A DNA stretch of 64,000 nt. Source: a virus (taxonomy: Duplodnaviria > Caudoviricetes). Location: the IMG/VR virus record IMGVR_UViG_3300010885_031309; one strand, given 5' to 3'. The notes under the pieces were generated by a model. That model saw only the letters and a program-made list of their open reading frames with translations. It searched no databases and was not told the DNA's origin. The translations under genes were made by a program, and so were the position numbers. Within the stretch, counting starts at the first letter, position 1. Every line of letters begins with the position of its first letter. Below, one piece after another: positions 14,301-21,408 of the stretch.

Positions 14301-17300
14301 TATCCAGTAACAGAAACTCGCTCGGATTTAACATTACTAAAATCTGTTGAACAATCATTCTGGAAAACAGTTAACTGGTGGGCATCTGGCTGGAGTGATC
14401 AAACAAAAGCGTCAATTGAAGTTGAAAGATATGCTGACTTGAATCGCATAGGCGAGTCAGAGCTTATTACTGGCACAACTGGATTAGTGTTGACAAGAGA
14501 CGAAGGTCTTGTAGTAAAGATAAAAGCAAATAGTCTTGGACTAAGTGAGTACTACACATACAGCAATTCACAGTGGAAAAGAATTGGATTAGAGCGTGGA
14601 ACAATTCAATTTTTATCTACACTGTGGACTACTAAGTATGGATGGGACTCTAGTAACTGGGATATAGATCTGTATGACAGAACAAATGCAGACGATATAA
14701 GAAAAGTAATACGGTGGATCAATGAAGTTTTATTCACAGGAGATTTAGTAGATGAACGAAACACTAGTTTAATGTTGATGTTTAACTATTCTCATGGAGA
14801 AATAGTAAATCAAAAGAATTACAATCAGTGGCTAACAAAAACAAGCTTGATTGATGTAAATCATAAGATACGTGGCTTATTGCCCTATAAAAAATATCAG
14901 CGTGATAACCAAGATTTCTTAAGTGGATACTTAAATGAAATTAAACCCTACCATGTGTATATCAAAAACTTTGTTTACACATATGATGGAATTGACAACT
15001 ATTCCGCGGAAGTAACTGACTTTGATTTACCAGCAGTTTATGATGATAAAACTAACACATTTAACAGTCCCAGAATAGTTTACACAGATATAAAAACAGA
15101 AAAAAATCAGTACGCGCCAACATCTGATATTTGGAAAAATAATAATTATAGTCAGTGGTATAAAAATTATGGACTATCATTGAAATCTGTAAAAAAGGAA
15201 AATGTACAGATTGCTACTTTGACTGCGCCGATAATGGTAAATTCACAGAGTATAAAATTGTCCAGTGTATATGGTCTACGAATCGGCGACAGTATTATCG
15301 TTAATAATGAAAAAATTCAATTCAACACTGTTGATAAAATAAATCGGACACTATCAAGTTTAGTGCGAGGCTTTGCAAGCACTGCTATTGATGAACACGA
15401 TGTTGGTGACAAAGTTTATGTTCCCTATACTCAATCATTAATCCTGGATGCGGGTCGCGGATATACTGAGATACCAAAAATAGATGTTATTTTAGATCCC
15501 GAACTTTATCCAAAACCAAGAAATGAAATATCAATGACTTCGGCTATTAGTGGCGGAAGTTTATCTTCAATATCAGTGTTAAATCCAGGAAATGGATATG
15601 CGATCTACCCCGATATTATTATATCTAGTAGCGACATATACCATGAATTTAATGGTCAAAATATTAATTCAACAGTCAACACTATACGAATAGAAAATCA
15701 TAAGTTTGAAACTGGAGACAGTGTAATATTCACCGTGACGGGCGATGAGGAAAATTATCGTCTAAAACGCAACGGTTTATATTATGTTCGTTCAATTGAC
15801 AACAATACTGTAGCATTGTATGACAACTATGTTTATGCATGTCAAGTTGACACTGCCATGGAAAAAGTAGAAACACTTGATACTCACCGAGTCAAGCTGA
15901 GTTCTACTTCTTCAACTATATTTGGAAAATTAACAGTCACTGCAAGAGCACAATTCTTGTTTGAGAGTTATCCAATAAGAACAATTAAAACTACTATTGC
16001 ATTTGACAGAGTAAGTTATACATCAAATAATGGTTGGGACGGATGGGCTTGGGAATTTAATTCTTGGGACAGTGAAGAAAGAGAAACTGCTGCATATAGA
16101 ATAGACAAATACTATAAGCCAACTGTCAATATGCCTGGTAAAGATTTGAAGCAATTAATGAATGGAGTTTCTTATCCAAACTTAATACTTCAAAGCAGCA
16201 CTTTTGCTGATAATTCTTCGGTTGATGTAAAAGTAGTTGCTCCGACGTTTGCTATGACGACCAATGGTGGTTCGGTTGATGGCGGAGATTTCTTAGACGG
16301 ATATGGTCCAGAAGAATTAGTAGCTGGTTACATCACGGACTCAATAAAAATTGTAGTAAAAAGTAATGACGGCTGTTTAATGCCAACTGCAACTGTTAGC
16401 TCTACCCGATTTATCACCAATGTATTATACACAGGAACGATTACTGTTTCTAATGCAACAGCCGCTTCAATTAGCGGTAAACCTAGTTGGCTATCAATTA
16501 CAGATGAAAAATACATCTCTGGAAAATACATCTTTACTTTAAGTGGAATTCCATCAACTACTGGTGAAATCATTGATGTGAATGTTGATGCCGAAAATGT
16601 ATGTAAATATAGTTCAACCTCTACTGTAGAAGATCTGGCTGTAATATCTACAACCGTAATATTACTACCATGCGTAGCTCCAACTGTTGGCAAGATAACT
16701 CCAAACTCATTCAGAGCCATGATTCCGTATGAAGGCACTCTAACAATTGAGAACGCAACTGATGCCGATATACTGTATGGATTGCCAACTGGAGTTTCAA
16801 TATTCAGTGAAGGTGCTGAAGGTACTGGATACAAGTTTGTATTAAAGGGAACACCAACTATCAGTAACGAGGAATATGAAATAAAAGTTAAAGCACAAAA
16901 CAGTACTGGATCATGCAGTGTTGCATATACTCCCGCGCCGTCAGTTTCTGCTGGAATTGGAACCGTAGCAGAAGCTCCTTCCTGTGATATGCCCGAGATT
17001 GGAGAACTATCAACTACTACAATTCAAGCATATGTTGTATACAATGCTACATTGACAATTACAAATGCCAAGACTCCTGTGATTATTGCTGGATTGCCAA
17101 GTACTATAATCGCAACACAGACACAATCTGGTTCAAATGTAGAGATTAGCTTCAGGGGTACTCCGTTAGTCAGTGAACAGATTAATTTGTCAGTCAAGGC
17201 ATCCAATACTGGAGAACAGTGTACTACATCAACAGCTACCAAACCATTTGAACTGTCAGTTAATCCAGCTATAGATTGTGCTGCACCCGTGGTTGGTCTA

Positions 17301-19451
17301 GTTACACCAAATGTATTCAAGGCAACTATTCAATACAATGGAACTATTACTGTTGCAAATGCAACCAGTGCTCAGATAATATCTGGATTGCCGTCTGGAA
17401 TTTCCATAGCTAGTCAGGGCGCTGAAGGCACTGGATACAAGTTTACACTAAGTGGAAAACCAACACTAAGCGATCAGGCATATGATATAAGAGTAACAGC
17501 ACAAAATAACTCAGTTGGTTGTAAACCAACGACTACGCTAGCACCATCAGTTTCTGCTGGTTCTGGAACTGTAGAAAAAACATTCTGTCCTACTCCCGAA
17601 CTACCAAGTTTAGCTTCCGACTCGTTCCAAGCATTTGTCAACTACGGACCAACAACATTAACAGTAACAAACGCAACTACTGCTCCGATTAGTGGTCTTC
17701 CAAAGGGAATAACTGCCACATATTCAACTAGTAATGGAAATGTAAATATTACATTGAGTGGTAAACCAACAGAAGTAGGAAAAACATGGAACGCAACTAT
17801 CACGGCTGTAAATGCCTGTGGTGGTGGTAGAACAACTTCTAGTTTAGCCCAAACTCAAATTGGAACAGGAACTACCGGAGCTTCGCCATCGTGCGTTACT
17901 CCTGTGATTGGAAATCTGTCAACTACTACAATTCAAGCGTATGTTCAGTATTCTGCATCGCTCACTATTACTAATGCCACTTCAGCTTCTGTTACTGTAG
18001 AGCCAGGCTCTTTAACTGTTACACAGAATAGAAGCGGAACAAACATAATTGTTAGTTTGCTTGGTACTCCTACTGTGAGTGGAAAGTTAACAATCTCAAT
18101 CAGTGCCTCTAATACTGGTGCAGAATGCACAACATCAACTGCTGTTAAAGCTATTGAATTAACTGTTGCTCCGCCTCCAGCTTGTGTAATTCCAACAGTT
18201 GGACAGGTAACATCTCTAACTTTTAGAGAGGGTAGAGGTTATACAGGAACAATTACTGTTTCTAATGCAACTTCCGCTAATATAGTATCTGGTCTTCCTG
18301 CGGGAATATCAGCAACTTCCTCGCGGCCTTCAGGATCAAGTTACTTGTTTACACTAAGCGGCCAGCCTCCAGCGAACTCAGGAGGAACTCCTTTCAATAT
18401 TCTAGTTACTGCCTCAAACAGCAATTCTAATTGTACTACTGCGGCTGTGACAAATATATCTGCTGGCACTGGAACAATTGGAATGCCAATAGTCTGCGCG
18501 ACATCATACTCGGATGTAACAGTAACTGGCGCAACATCAGGAGGAACTGTTTATGCCAGTCAAGGATATGCTAATACCATGCATTACAGAGATGATTCTA
18601 ATATTGCTATGGCAGCAGTTCACGCTGGACTAATATCTGTTGGTGAAACAGCCACTTTCCGAAGAAGTTCAGTGGGTTATGTGCAAGATTACCCTATTAT
18701 AACGAGAAACGGAGTTACGTCTACTGCTAATTCTACTACTGGAGGTTGTGCAATAGAATTAGGATATATTTGTCCAACACCAACAGTTGGACCTATTAGT
18801 AATACTAATTTTTACAAAGGATCCTCTTACAGCGGCACTATTACAGTGACTAATGCGACTTCTGCTTCTGTTACTGGACTACCAGCGGGAATTGGCGCGG
18901 GTTCTAGCGTAAGCGGATCAAATATCATTATTAGTCTTAGTGGAACTCCAACCGGTAATGTAGGCACAAGTTTTACATTACAGGTTAATTCAACAAATGC
19001 TGCAACAAAATGCGTCGCACCCGTAAGCGGAGGAACTCAAACAGCGGGTACATTTACTATTCAACCACCACCCCCATGTCCAGCGCCCGACACGCCCGGT
19101 GATCTTGAATTATGGGGGGGGAATACATTTGTTCAGTCATACGCTGATAGTATGCCAGTGCGTAGAAGTGTGTTTTACACTAACACTGGCTTACATGTTA
19201 GAATTAGAATAAAAAATGCAAGTACGCGCAGCAATGTGACGTTTTCAGGAGGAAATCTGTTTTCTTCAGGTGGCATTATTGAGGGATCGGACTACATAGT
19301 TACTTTATACACCTATTATAGTTCATTCTCAACTTCAACCAACTTGCCAGTTGGCACTGATATTAAAATGACTTTAAGTGGGGTACAGTCTCAGGGATGT
19401 TCTCCATCTACAACTGGACCAACAAGAACTTATACTTTCACAATTTATTAA
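5334..19451 (+). CDS. giant (4705 aa) baseplate/tail structural protein with FG-GAP-like propeller motifs and a C-terminal Ig-like repeat array plus LCCL-like domain
   Basis: Single uninterrupted ORF after gp6. FG-x-SV...IVGAP motifs (e.g. FGHSVDYRNNTIIVGAPNY), CBM-like EWASNIKYPKGSIV, C-terminal ~100-aa repeats. Confidence 0.85.
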   Translation: MVNKVRTLDFLPEIFRTESNRQFLNATLDVLTAQPNLNRVQGYIGTKYGYGVNADDKYVIEPTVGRSNYQFDPSVVFLKPDTQQATDFIDYSGIVKAINNFGGQTYNHDRLFNNEFYSWDPFIDYDKIVNFSQYYWIPYGPDAVLITNRTIFLEDKYLLSSSKNEFKLTDNAGSNPIINLLRGGTYTFELETSLADEQLWIQGVPGLSGYETTTNTREILGVTENGTRTITFTVPESDAQSAFNIPGNLSVDLVTTKLYSEINNSSITTIDGISEINGKTLLFYNSENRKEFYTIQVNNNTVSLTAGSTIPATQKIIVNSGVKYAGQIFYRTQTDTIAQIPYLSAVLNKLYYQSSVDEKRVGQINIFETNAAAYIDVNDIIGKKTYTSSNGVTFTNGLKIKFDNSVVPASYADKEYYVDGVGTSIKLLEVSKYAVTELSSELVYNLWDDVTYDLNRWDSDLYAPMTPDYITINRNSRDLNAWTRSNRWFHQSVIDTTVAALGYVSAKGTNKVIRAQRPIIEFRGNLQLFGGGNNSAGAVTYFDNSGSSLINIVGKTSYQIDGIELLDGDRIVLATDDNTEVRKNVYVVEMISTNQNQSAAITLNPVLDLTIADQTEINVLFGSAHRGTTWKWDLITNSWVQTQKKIKVNQPPLFDIVDDNLNSLSNTTYYGSTNFKGSMLFSYTTGVGINDSVLGFPISYSSLNNIGDINFTVNFNDDTFTYYEGNVEINFSVNIGYVKHNITSDTSEKLTGWVPATDTSFQYQVLQYALKSGDTTIVCDIPAKLTTSWNPIQIYLEDTVLDSADYAVTVENNKTIIKLSAAIQTTSTATVLIYSDSVSENAYYTVPSNLLSNPFNTNITSVDVGDIRNQYRTIFSNAPEVTGAVFGTNNIHDLGQVYQYGTSIIQSSSSLVLPGIFLRKSDASLFDALQYCNNEYYNYKTLLVDIAYKNDYSVYQTPYQILDNIIHEIVTIKNKSTSFFWTDMLYSGSPYVTNTYKFEVAPTSNVFSLSRIYDFSSANYNAIGIYLTRKVSGQSRTTQLIRNIDYIVSSTGPTIEIITSLTDGDEITINEYNQTYGSYCPSTPSALGLYPSFAPEIIEDKTYGENAYFIVGHDGSYNKLYGNYVNGALDDFRDIALFEFEKRIYNNIKSSGTIPLSDDTVIPGQFRNTEYSRDEILNIYSTNFLNWVGTNRLDFRKQYYNVGSSFSYNYNQSSNRLTNTALVEGYWRGIYRWLYDTDHPHDRPWEMLGLTSKPTWWDTRYGQAPYTSDNLYMWKDIAAGYIWNSGDAYTNKSKIRPELLKILPVDSLGQLKSPLHVVVGNHNKLTFNRDWIVGDQAPTENAYLKSSSWPFDLVRILALTKPAQFFNLFADLDSYKWNSEFKQYLYNNRYHLDCRELNIHGSGTAKRSYINWIVDYINVRGVSGHEVVTNYLRNIDVRLTYKAAGFSSKNYLKFYVERATPDSKNTGFLIPDESYSILLYNSVWESKIDYSSIIFQRVKNGWTVWGNNQSQQYFKTAVSKTNSKYTTINFDSTQVKIGNSWYEDREQIISYGTLFHSQQAISEFINNYGHYLITQGVEFDNISNGVSLNWNRMIQEFLAWSQQEWEYGSTIAINPNARKFTVNKPGLVVQPITIQDKNFVLNQNLIPIQAQNSAVYRNNEQFTIEILNEGDTVANTNLHLNSIEHAVVFDNSTVFGDLIYNLVTGLRQQRLLLRGYKTAEWSGYVDAAGFIINEDNIKEWASNIKYPKGSIVTHKGLYWSANKLLEPTLTFVQSDWKQIDYENVKTGLLSNPSTNAYQSLYYYDSYNANLKQDEDLLAFSLIGYRPRNYLASADLSDITQINVFKNIIAEKGTIALAESFKNTVFDQGPIDYDIKEIWAVNTNTFGSVLNSNFVEFKLNQSFLTGNPTLIEISDETASSEVQQTVLLNELTNWGRPPTSKNFLPKQTKYSEYLPSAGYVDVRDTDYQVYEFEDLNDEPSIIDSLSVNKILWIAKYKSSWNIYSASPLGANCIQVDNNQNGTLTITFDRPHNLNENEHFAINNFDPLVNKFYTVDTVKSLTSVVVSYDLDNTVVRLSGFGIGFKLVSRRFNQASDAVDVTAPYSEYSTRKIWVDTDSDDRWAVYASSMVFNETQLEIPQSTDVGSAVSYSEEIGYLYADATESRVYCYNNDNLSTLTGNSNFGKVVKTAADKLFIASNSNVYYYDSRLTLNQILPEADIADIACGTNSRWLYLLKKSTSELVIYHLDNNNNYVLVSNTGNSVAYGNATSIASSIDGRRLIVGAATETVNELSNAGAVYVYSRELQRFISDGISTEYRLQSSVPNNIADVYLNGILTTQFVVSNNLIVLNSAAPTGTIVTVEHADLTLLQVIQADEPRTGAQFGASVDTNRYGSNFVVGCPFDLTTINTVSNIEGSVYAYANEAQRYGTVTLKSPLVVADDVIFFDGYLVKFESDTDNINNITEQINTQTPVNIVATANSSTNSITITVRDRTAETPYDIIDVVANINVATRLKLNQYTNTQKITAVNMPQRAQFGSVVRMNERDSLIVSAPVTARLSPTVFDKPNSCDVHVTAFDNGVTTFIDNFNEVGMIYQYDYLPAENETISNSGKYVFGQYITSSNTNYGAQSKFGHSVDYRNNTIIVGAPNYSSNGNGFVSVFRNQQTSDPCQVINPTSWYVYKKPIDSVDIHKINNISIYEEFSEKTLEYLDYIDPLQGKLLGAVSVNIDVISEYDPAGYESNELQWGQEHVGKIWLNTRNLRILNYNQQDVNYNAKNWGAAFPGSSADVFTWIESNVSPLNYNDSGFPITYDKFVVRTVLNNATNSLAVKYYFWVKNYSKIPNGKTLSPLALAQYILNPQSSGIAYLAPITTNTVALYNSSEYINAASGILHIGYGNSVYVDNKHDVWRLIRTNSDDFLSGFPTAKKPTPTDLYLKYLDSFSGADVNYNFVPDTRLPLAVRSGVSFSPRQTMFVDRLVALENYITYVNNILTQYPVTETRSDLTLLKSVEQSFWKTVNWWASGWSDQTKASIEVERYADLNRIGESELITGTTGLVLTRDEGLVVKIKANSLGLSEYYTYSNSQWKRIGLERGTIQFLSTLWTTKYGWDSSNWDIDLYDRTNADDIRKVIRWINEVLFTGDLVDERNTSLMLMFNYSHGEIVNQKNYNQWLTKTSLIDVNHKIRGLLPYKKYQRDNQDFLSGYLNEIKPYHVYIKNFVYTYDGIDNYSAEVTDFDLPAVYDDKTNTFNSPRIVYTDIKTEKNQYAPTSDIWKNNNYSQWYKNYGLSLKSVKKENVQIATLTAPIMVNSQSIKLSSVYGLRIGDSIIVNNEKIQFNTVDKINRTLSSLVRGFASTAIDEHDVGDKVYVPYTQSLILDAGRGYTEIPKIDVILDPELYPKPRNEISMTSAISGGSLSSISVLNPGNGYAIYPDIIISSSDIYHEFNGQNINSTVNTIRIENHKFETGDSVIFTVTGDEENYRLKRNGLYYVRSIDNNTVALYDNYVYACQVDTAMEKVETLDTHRVKLSSTSSTIFGKLTVTARAQFLFESYPIRTIKTTIAFDRVSYTSNNGWDGWAWEFNSWDSEERETAAYRIDKYYKPTVNMPGKDLKQLMNGVSYPNLILQSSTFADNSSVDVKVVAPTFAMTTNGGSVDGGDFLDGYGPEELVAGYITDSIKIVVKSNDGCLMPTATVSSTRFITNVLYTGTITVSNATAASISGKPSWLSITDEKYISGKYIFTLSGIPSTTGEIIDVNVDAENVCKYSSTSTVEDLAVISTTVILLPCVAPTVGKITPNSFRAMIPYEGTLTIENATDADILYGLPTGVSIFSEGAEGTGYKFVLKGTPTISNEEYEIKVKAQNSTGSCSVAYTPAPSVSAGIGTVAEAPSCDMPEIGELSTTTIQAYVVYNATLTITNAKTPVIIAGLPSTIIATQTQSGSNVEISFRGTPLVSEQINLSVKASNTGEQCTTSTATKPFELSVNPAIDCAAPVVGLVTPNVFKATIQYNGTITVANATSAQIISGLPSGISIASQGAEGTGYKFTLSGKPTLSDQAYDIRVTAQNNSVGCKPTTTLAPSVSAGSGTVEKTFCPTPELPSLASDSFQAFVNYGPTTLTVTNATTAPISGLPKGITATYSTSNGNVNITLSGKPTEVGKTWNATITAVNACGGGRTTSSLAQTQIGTGTTGASPSCVTPVIGNLSTTTIQAYVQYSASLTITNATSASVTVEPGSLTVTQNRSGTNIIVSLLGTPTVSGKLTISISASNTGAECTTSTAVKAIELTVAPPPACVIPTVGQVTSLTFREGRGYTGTITVSNATSANIVSGLPAGISATSSRPSGSSYLFTLSGQPPANSGGTPFNILVTASNSNSNCTTAAVTNISAGTGTIGMPIVCATSYSDVTVTGATSGGTVYASQGYANTMHYRDDSNIAMAAVHAGLISVGETATFRRSSVGYVQDYPIITRNGVTSTANSTTGGCAIELGYICPTPTVGPISNTNFYKGSSYSGTITVTNATSASVTGLPAGIGAGSSVSGSNIIISLSGTPTGNVGTSFTLQVNSTNAATKCVAPVSGGTQTAGTFTIQPPPPCPAPDTPGDLELWGGNTFVQSYADSMPVRRSVFYTNTGLHVRIRIKNASTRSNVTFSGGNLFSSGGIIEGSDYIVTLYTYYSSFSTSTNLPVGTDIKMTLSGVQSQGCSPSTTGPTRTYTFTIY
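16374..19448 (+). repeat. array of 8 plus 1 divergent ~100-aa Cys-bracketed Ig-like (putative-Ig type) protein repeats, interrupted by an LCCL-like domain
   Basis: Consensus C-x-x-P-T-V-G...Y-x-G-T-I-T-V-x-N-A-T-S-A...G-L-P-x-G...T-L-S-G-x-P...V-x-A-x-N...C, aligned by eye. DSNIAMAAVHAG...RNGVTS lies between repeats 7 and 8. Confidence 0.85.
17406..17461 (+). repeat. 56-bp exact direct repeat, copy 1 (copy 2 at 22567-22622)
   Basis: atagctagtcagggcgctgaaggcactggatacaagtttacactaagtggaaaacc is present identically in both genes. Confidence 0.9.
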
Positions 19452-19476
19452 TTGATGCTAAAAGGAGACACATACT

Positions 19477-19698
19477 ATGTCAGAAACAAATAATCAGAAT
19501 AAGCCCTGGATTCATACCATAATTATAGACAACAAGGGTGAAACTACTGTGCTGTCTAATAGTGGCAATGAACTACCGTCTCAATATTATAGAAGATGGT
19601 GGTATGGTGATTTGACAACTGATCCACGCACACACCCAAGTGCAGATACCAGAATGATAGATAATAATAATCCAGCGGCAATATTCTTGCGAAGCTAG
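19477..19698 (+). CDS. hypothetical protein
   Basis: 73-aa ORF with RBS AAGGAG upstream. Confidence 0.65.
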   Translation: MSETNNQNKPWIHTIIIDNKGETTVLSNSGNELPSQYYRRWWYGDLTTDPRTHPSADTRMIDNNNPAAIFLRS

Positions 19699-19722
19699 TT
19701 TTTACTAATGATAAATAATTGT

Positions 19723-19893
19723 ATGAATATTGCTCAATCTATCAATTCAGAAAATACAGACGAAAATCAGATACCTACTGATTCTACGCTGTCAGAAACA
19801 AATGATCAAACTGCACTCTATTTTTCTGGATTTATAAAAATATTTGACCCTAACACTGGACAAATATTATTAAAAAAGCGTAACGACGAGTAA
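19723..19893 (+). CDS. small hypothetical virion-module protein
   Basis: The ATG at 19708 overlaps a GATAAATA late promoter (19710-19717), so ATG 19723 is preferred. C-terminal GFIKIFDPNTGQILL resembles the N-terminus of the next protein (GFLKIYNPQTGEVFL). Confidence 0.6.
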   Translation: MNIAQSINSENTDENQIPTDSTLSETNDQTALYFSGFIKIFDPNTGQILLKKRNDE

Positions 19894-19906
19894 TAATGGA
19901 ATTAAA

Positions 19907-20524
19907 ATGAAAAATACAATTGGCTTAGATGTTATTGGATTCTTAAAGATATACAACCCACAAACTGGAGAGGTATTCTTAAACAAGAAAAATGCCATTC
20001 ATTATGAAAACATGTCAGATGCGTTAGCTCTTACTCTGAGTAATCGCGGTACTGGAACTATCTATCAAATGGCATTTGGTAATGGTGCAGCAAGTGTGGA
20101 CGCAACTGGCATAATCACCTATTTACCTCCAAATGTCACTGGACAAAATGCAAATCTTTATAATCAAACTTACGCAAAAATAGTAGACGATACACTTATA
20201 TCAAATAATAGTCCCAGTACCAATAAGATGATAGTAAGTCATGAAGCTGGAAAAATTTACACGGATGTGTTGATACAGTGTCTACTGGATTATGGTGAAC
20301 CAGGTGGTCAGGATGCATTTGATAATGGAACTAATTTGGAAAGTTCTTTTGTATTTGATGAAATTGGAATTCTAGCAAATTATGGCACAGATACCGAGGG
20401 CAATGTAATTACAAAGTTGTTAACACATGTTATCTTTCACCCAATACAAAAATCATTAAATAGACAAATTCAAATTGATTACACAATTAGAATTCAAACA
20501 TTAACCAACATGTTAACTATATGA
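19907..20524 (+). CDS. conserved jumbo-phage virion (baseplate/tail) protein
   Basis: 205 aa; NAIHYENMS, FDEIG, LTHVIFHPIQKSLNR motifs; within the structural cluster. Confidence 0.65.
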   Translation: MKNTIGLDVIGFLKIYNPQTGEVFLNKKNAIHYENMSDALALTLSNRGTGTIYQMAFGNGAASVDATGIITYLPPNVTGQNANLYNQTYAKIVDDTLISNNSPSTNKMIVSHEAGKIYTDVLIQCLLDYGEPGGQDAFDNGTNLESSFVFDEIGILANYGTDTEGNVITKLLTHVIFHPIQKSLNRQIQIDYTIRIQTLTNMLTI

Positions 20525-20557
20525 TAAATATATAGAAATATACGGAGTAATCTTAAA

Positions 20558-21394
20558 ATGGCATATACACTTCAGTATTCTGATGGCACTATTGTAGTAA
20601 ATGACGGTACAATAAACGGCACCACCAGTATACAACTTCCAGGAAGAAATTTTGCTGGCTACGGCCAATACATGGATCAAAATCTAATAGATTTGATGCA
20701 AAATTTTGCACGAGTATCAAGTTCGTCTGGTCCAGCAAACGCTATGAAAGGACAACTTTGGTATAACTCTACAGAACAATCATTGAATGTAAAAGTTAAC
20801 GCATCAACTACACAGCCGCAGTGGAAAAAATTATTAGTAGCGGGTGAAGCTGTTACTGAGCTATCAGCTACCTCAGTTACTGCAGATAATTTAACTGTTA
20901 ATAACACACTGACTACTAAGAAGTTAACAACAGGTGGTGCAGGAATTGAAGGGACTATAACTGGACAGTGGAAGCTAGCGCCAGGAAGTACACTACAGTC
21001 AACTTATGCTGACTTGGCTGAAAGATTTGAAGCAGATAGTGTATACGAGCCAGGTACAGTAGTAGAAATTGGCGGAGAAAAAGAAATTACTGCTGTTAAA
21101 GATGATTGTAGTGAAAATGTATTCGGAGTCATCAGTGCAAATGCTGCCTACTTGATGAATGCTGCTGCTGGAAACAGTGCGACACATCCTGCAATTGCTA
21201 TAGCTGGTAGAGTTCCGGTAAAAGTTCGCGGCAAGATCAGAAAGGGAGACAGATTAGTTAGTGCTGGATTAGGATTTGCTCGTGCTGCTCGTTCTGGTGA
21301 GGCCACATCTTTCAACACTGTTGGCCGCGCTCTGGAAAACAAAGAAACTGACAGTGATGGCAGTATATTAGCGACAGTAACAGTCAAACTTTAA
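20558..21394 (+). CDS. tail fibre/collar protein with C-terminal intramolecular chaperone (peptidase G2/IMC-like) domain
   Basis: YADLAERFEADSVYEPGTVV...FGVIS...AGRVPVKVRGKIRKGDRLV. GATAAATA at 20523-20530. Confidence 0.65.
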   Translation: MAYTLQYSDGTIVVNDGTINGTTSIQLPGRNFAGYGQYMDQNLIDLMQNFARVSSSSGPANAMKGQLWYNSTEQSLNVKVNASTTQPQWKKLLVAGEAVTELSATSVTADNLTVNNTLTTKKLTTGGAGIEGTITGQWKLAPGSTLQSTYADLAERFEADSVYEPGTVVEIGGEKEITAVKDDCSENVFGVISANAAYLMNAAAGNSATHPAIAIAGRVPVKVRGKIRKGDRLVSAGLGFARAARSGEATSFNTVGRALENKETDSDGSILATVTVKL

Positions 21395-21408
21395 TCTGAG
21401 AATAAATT

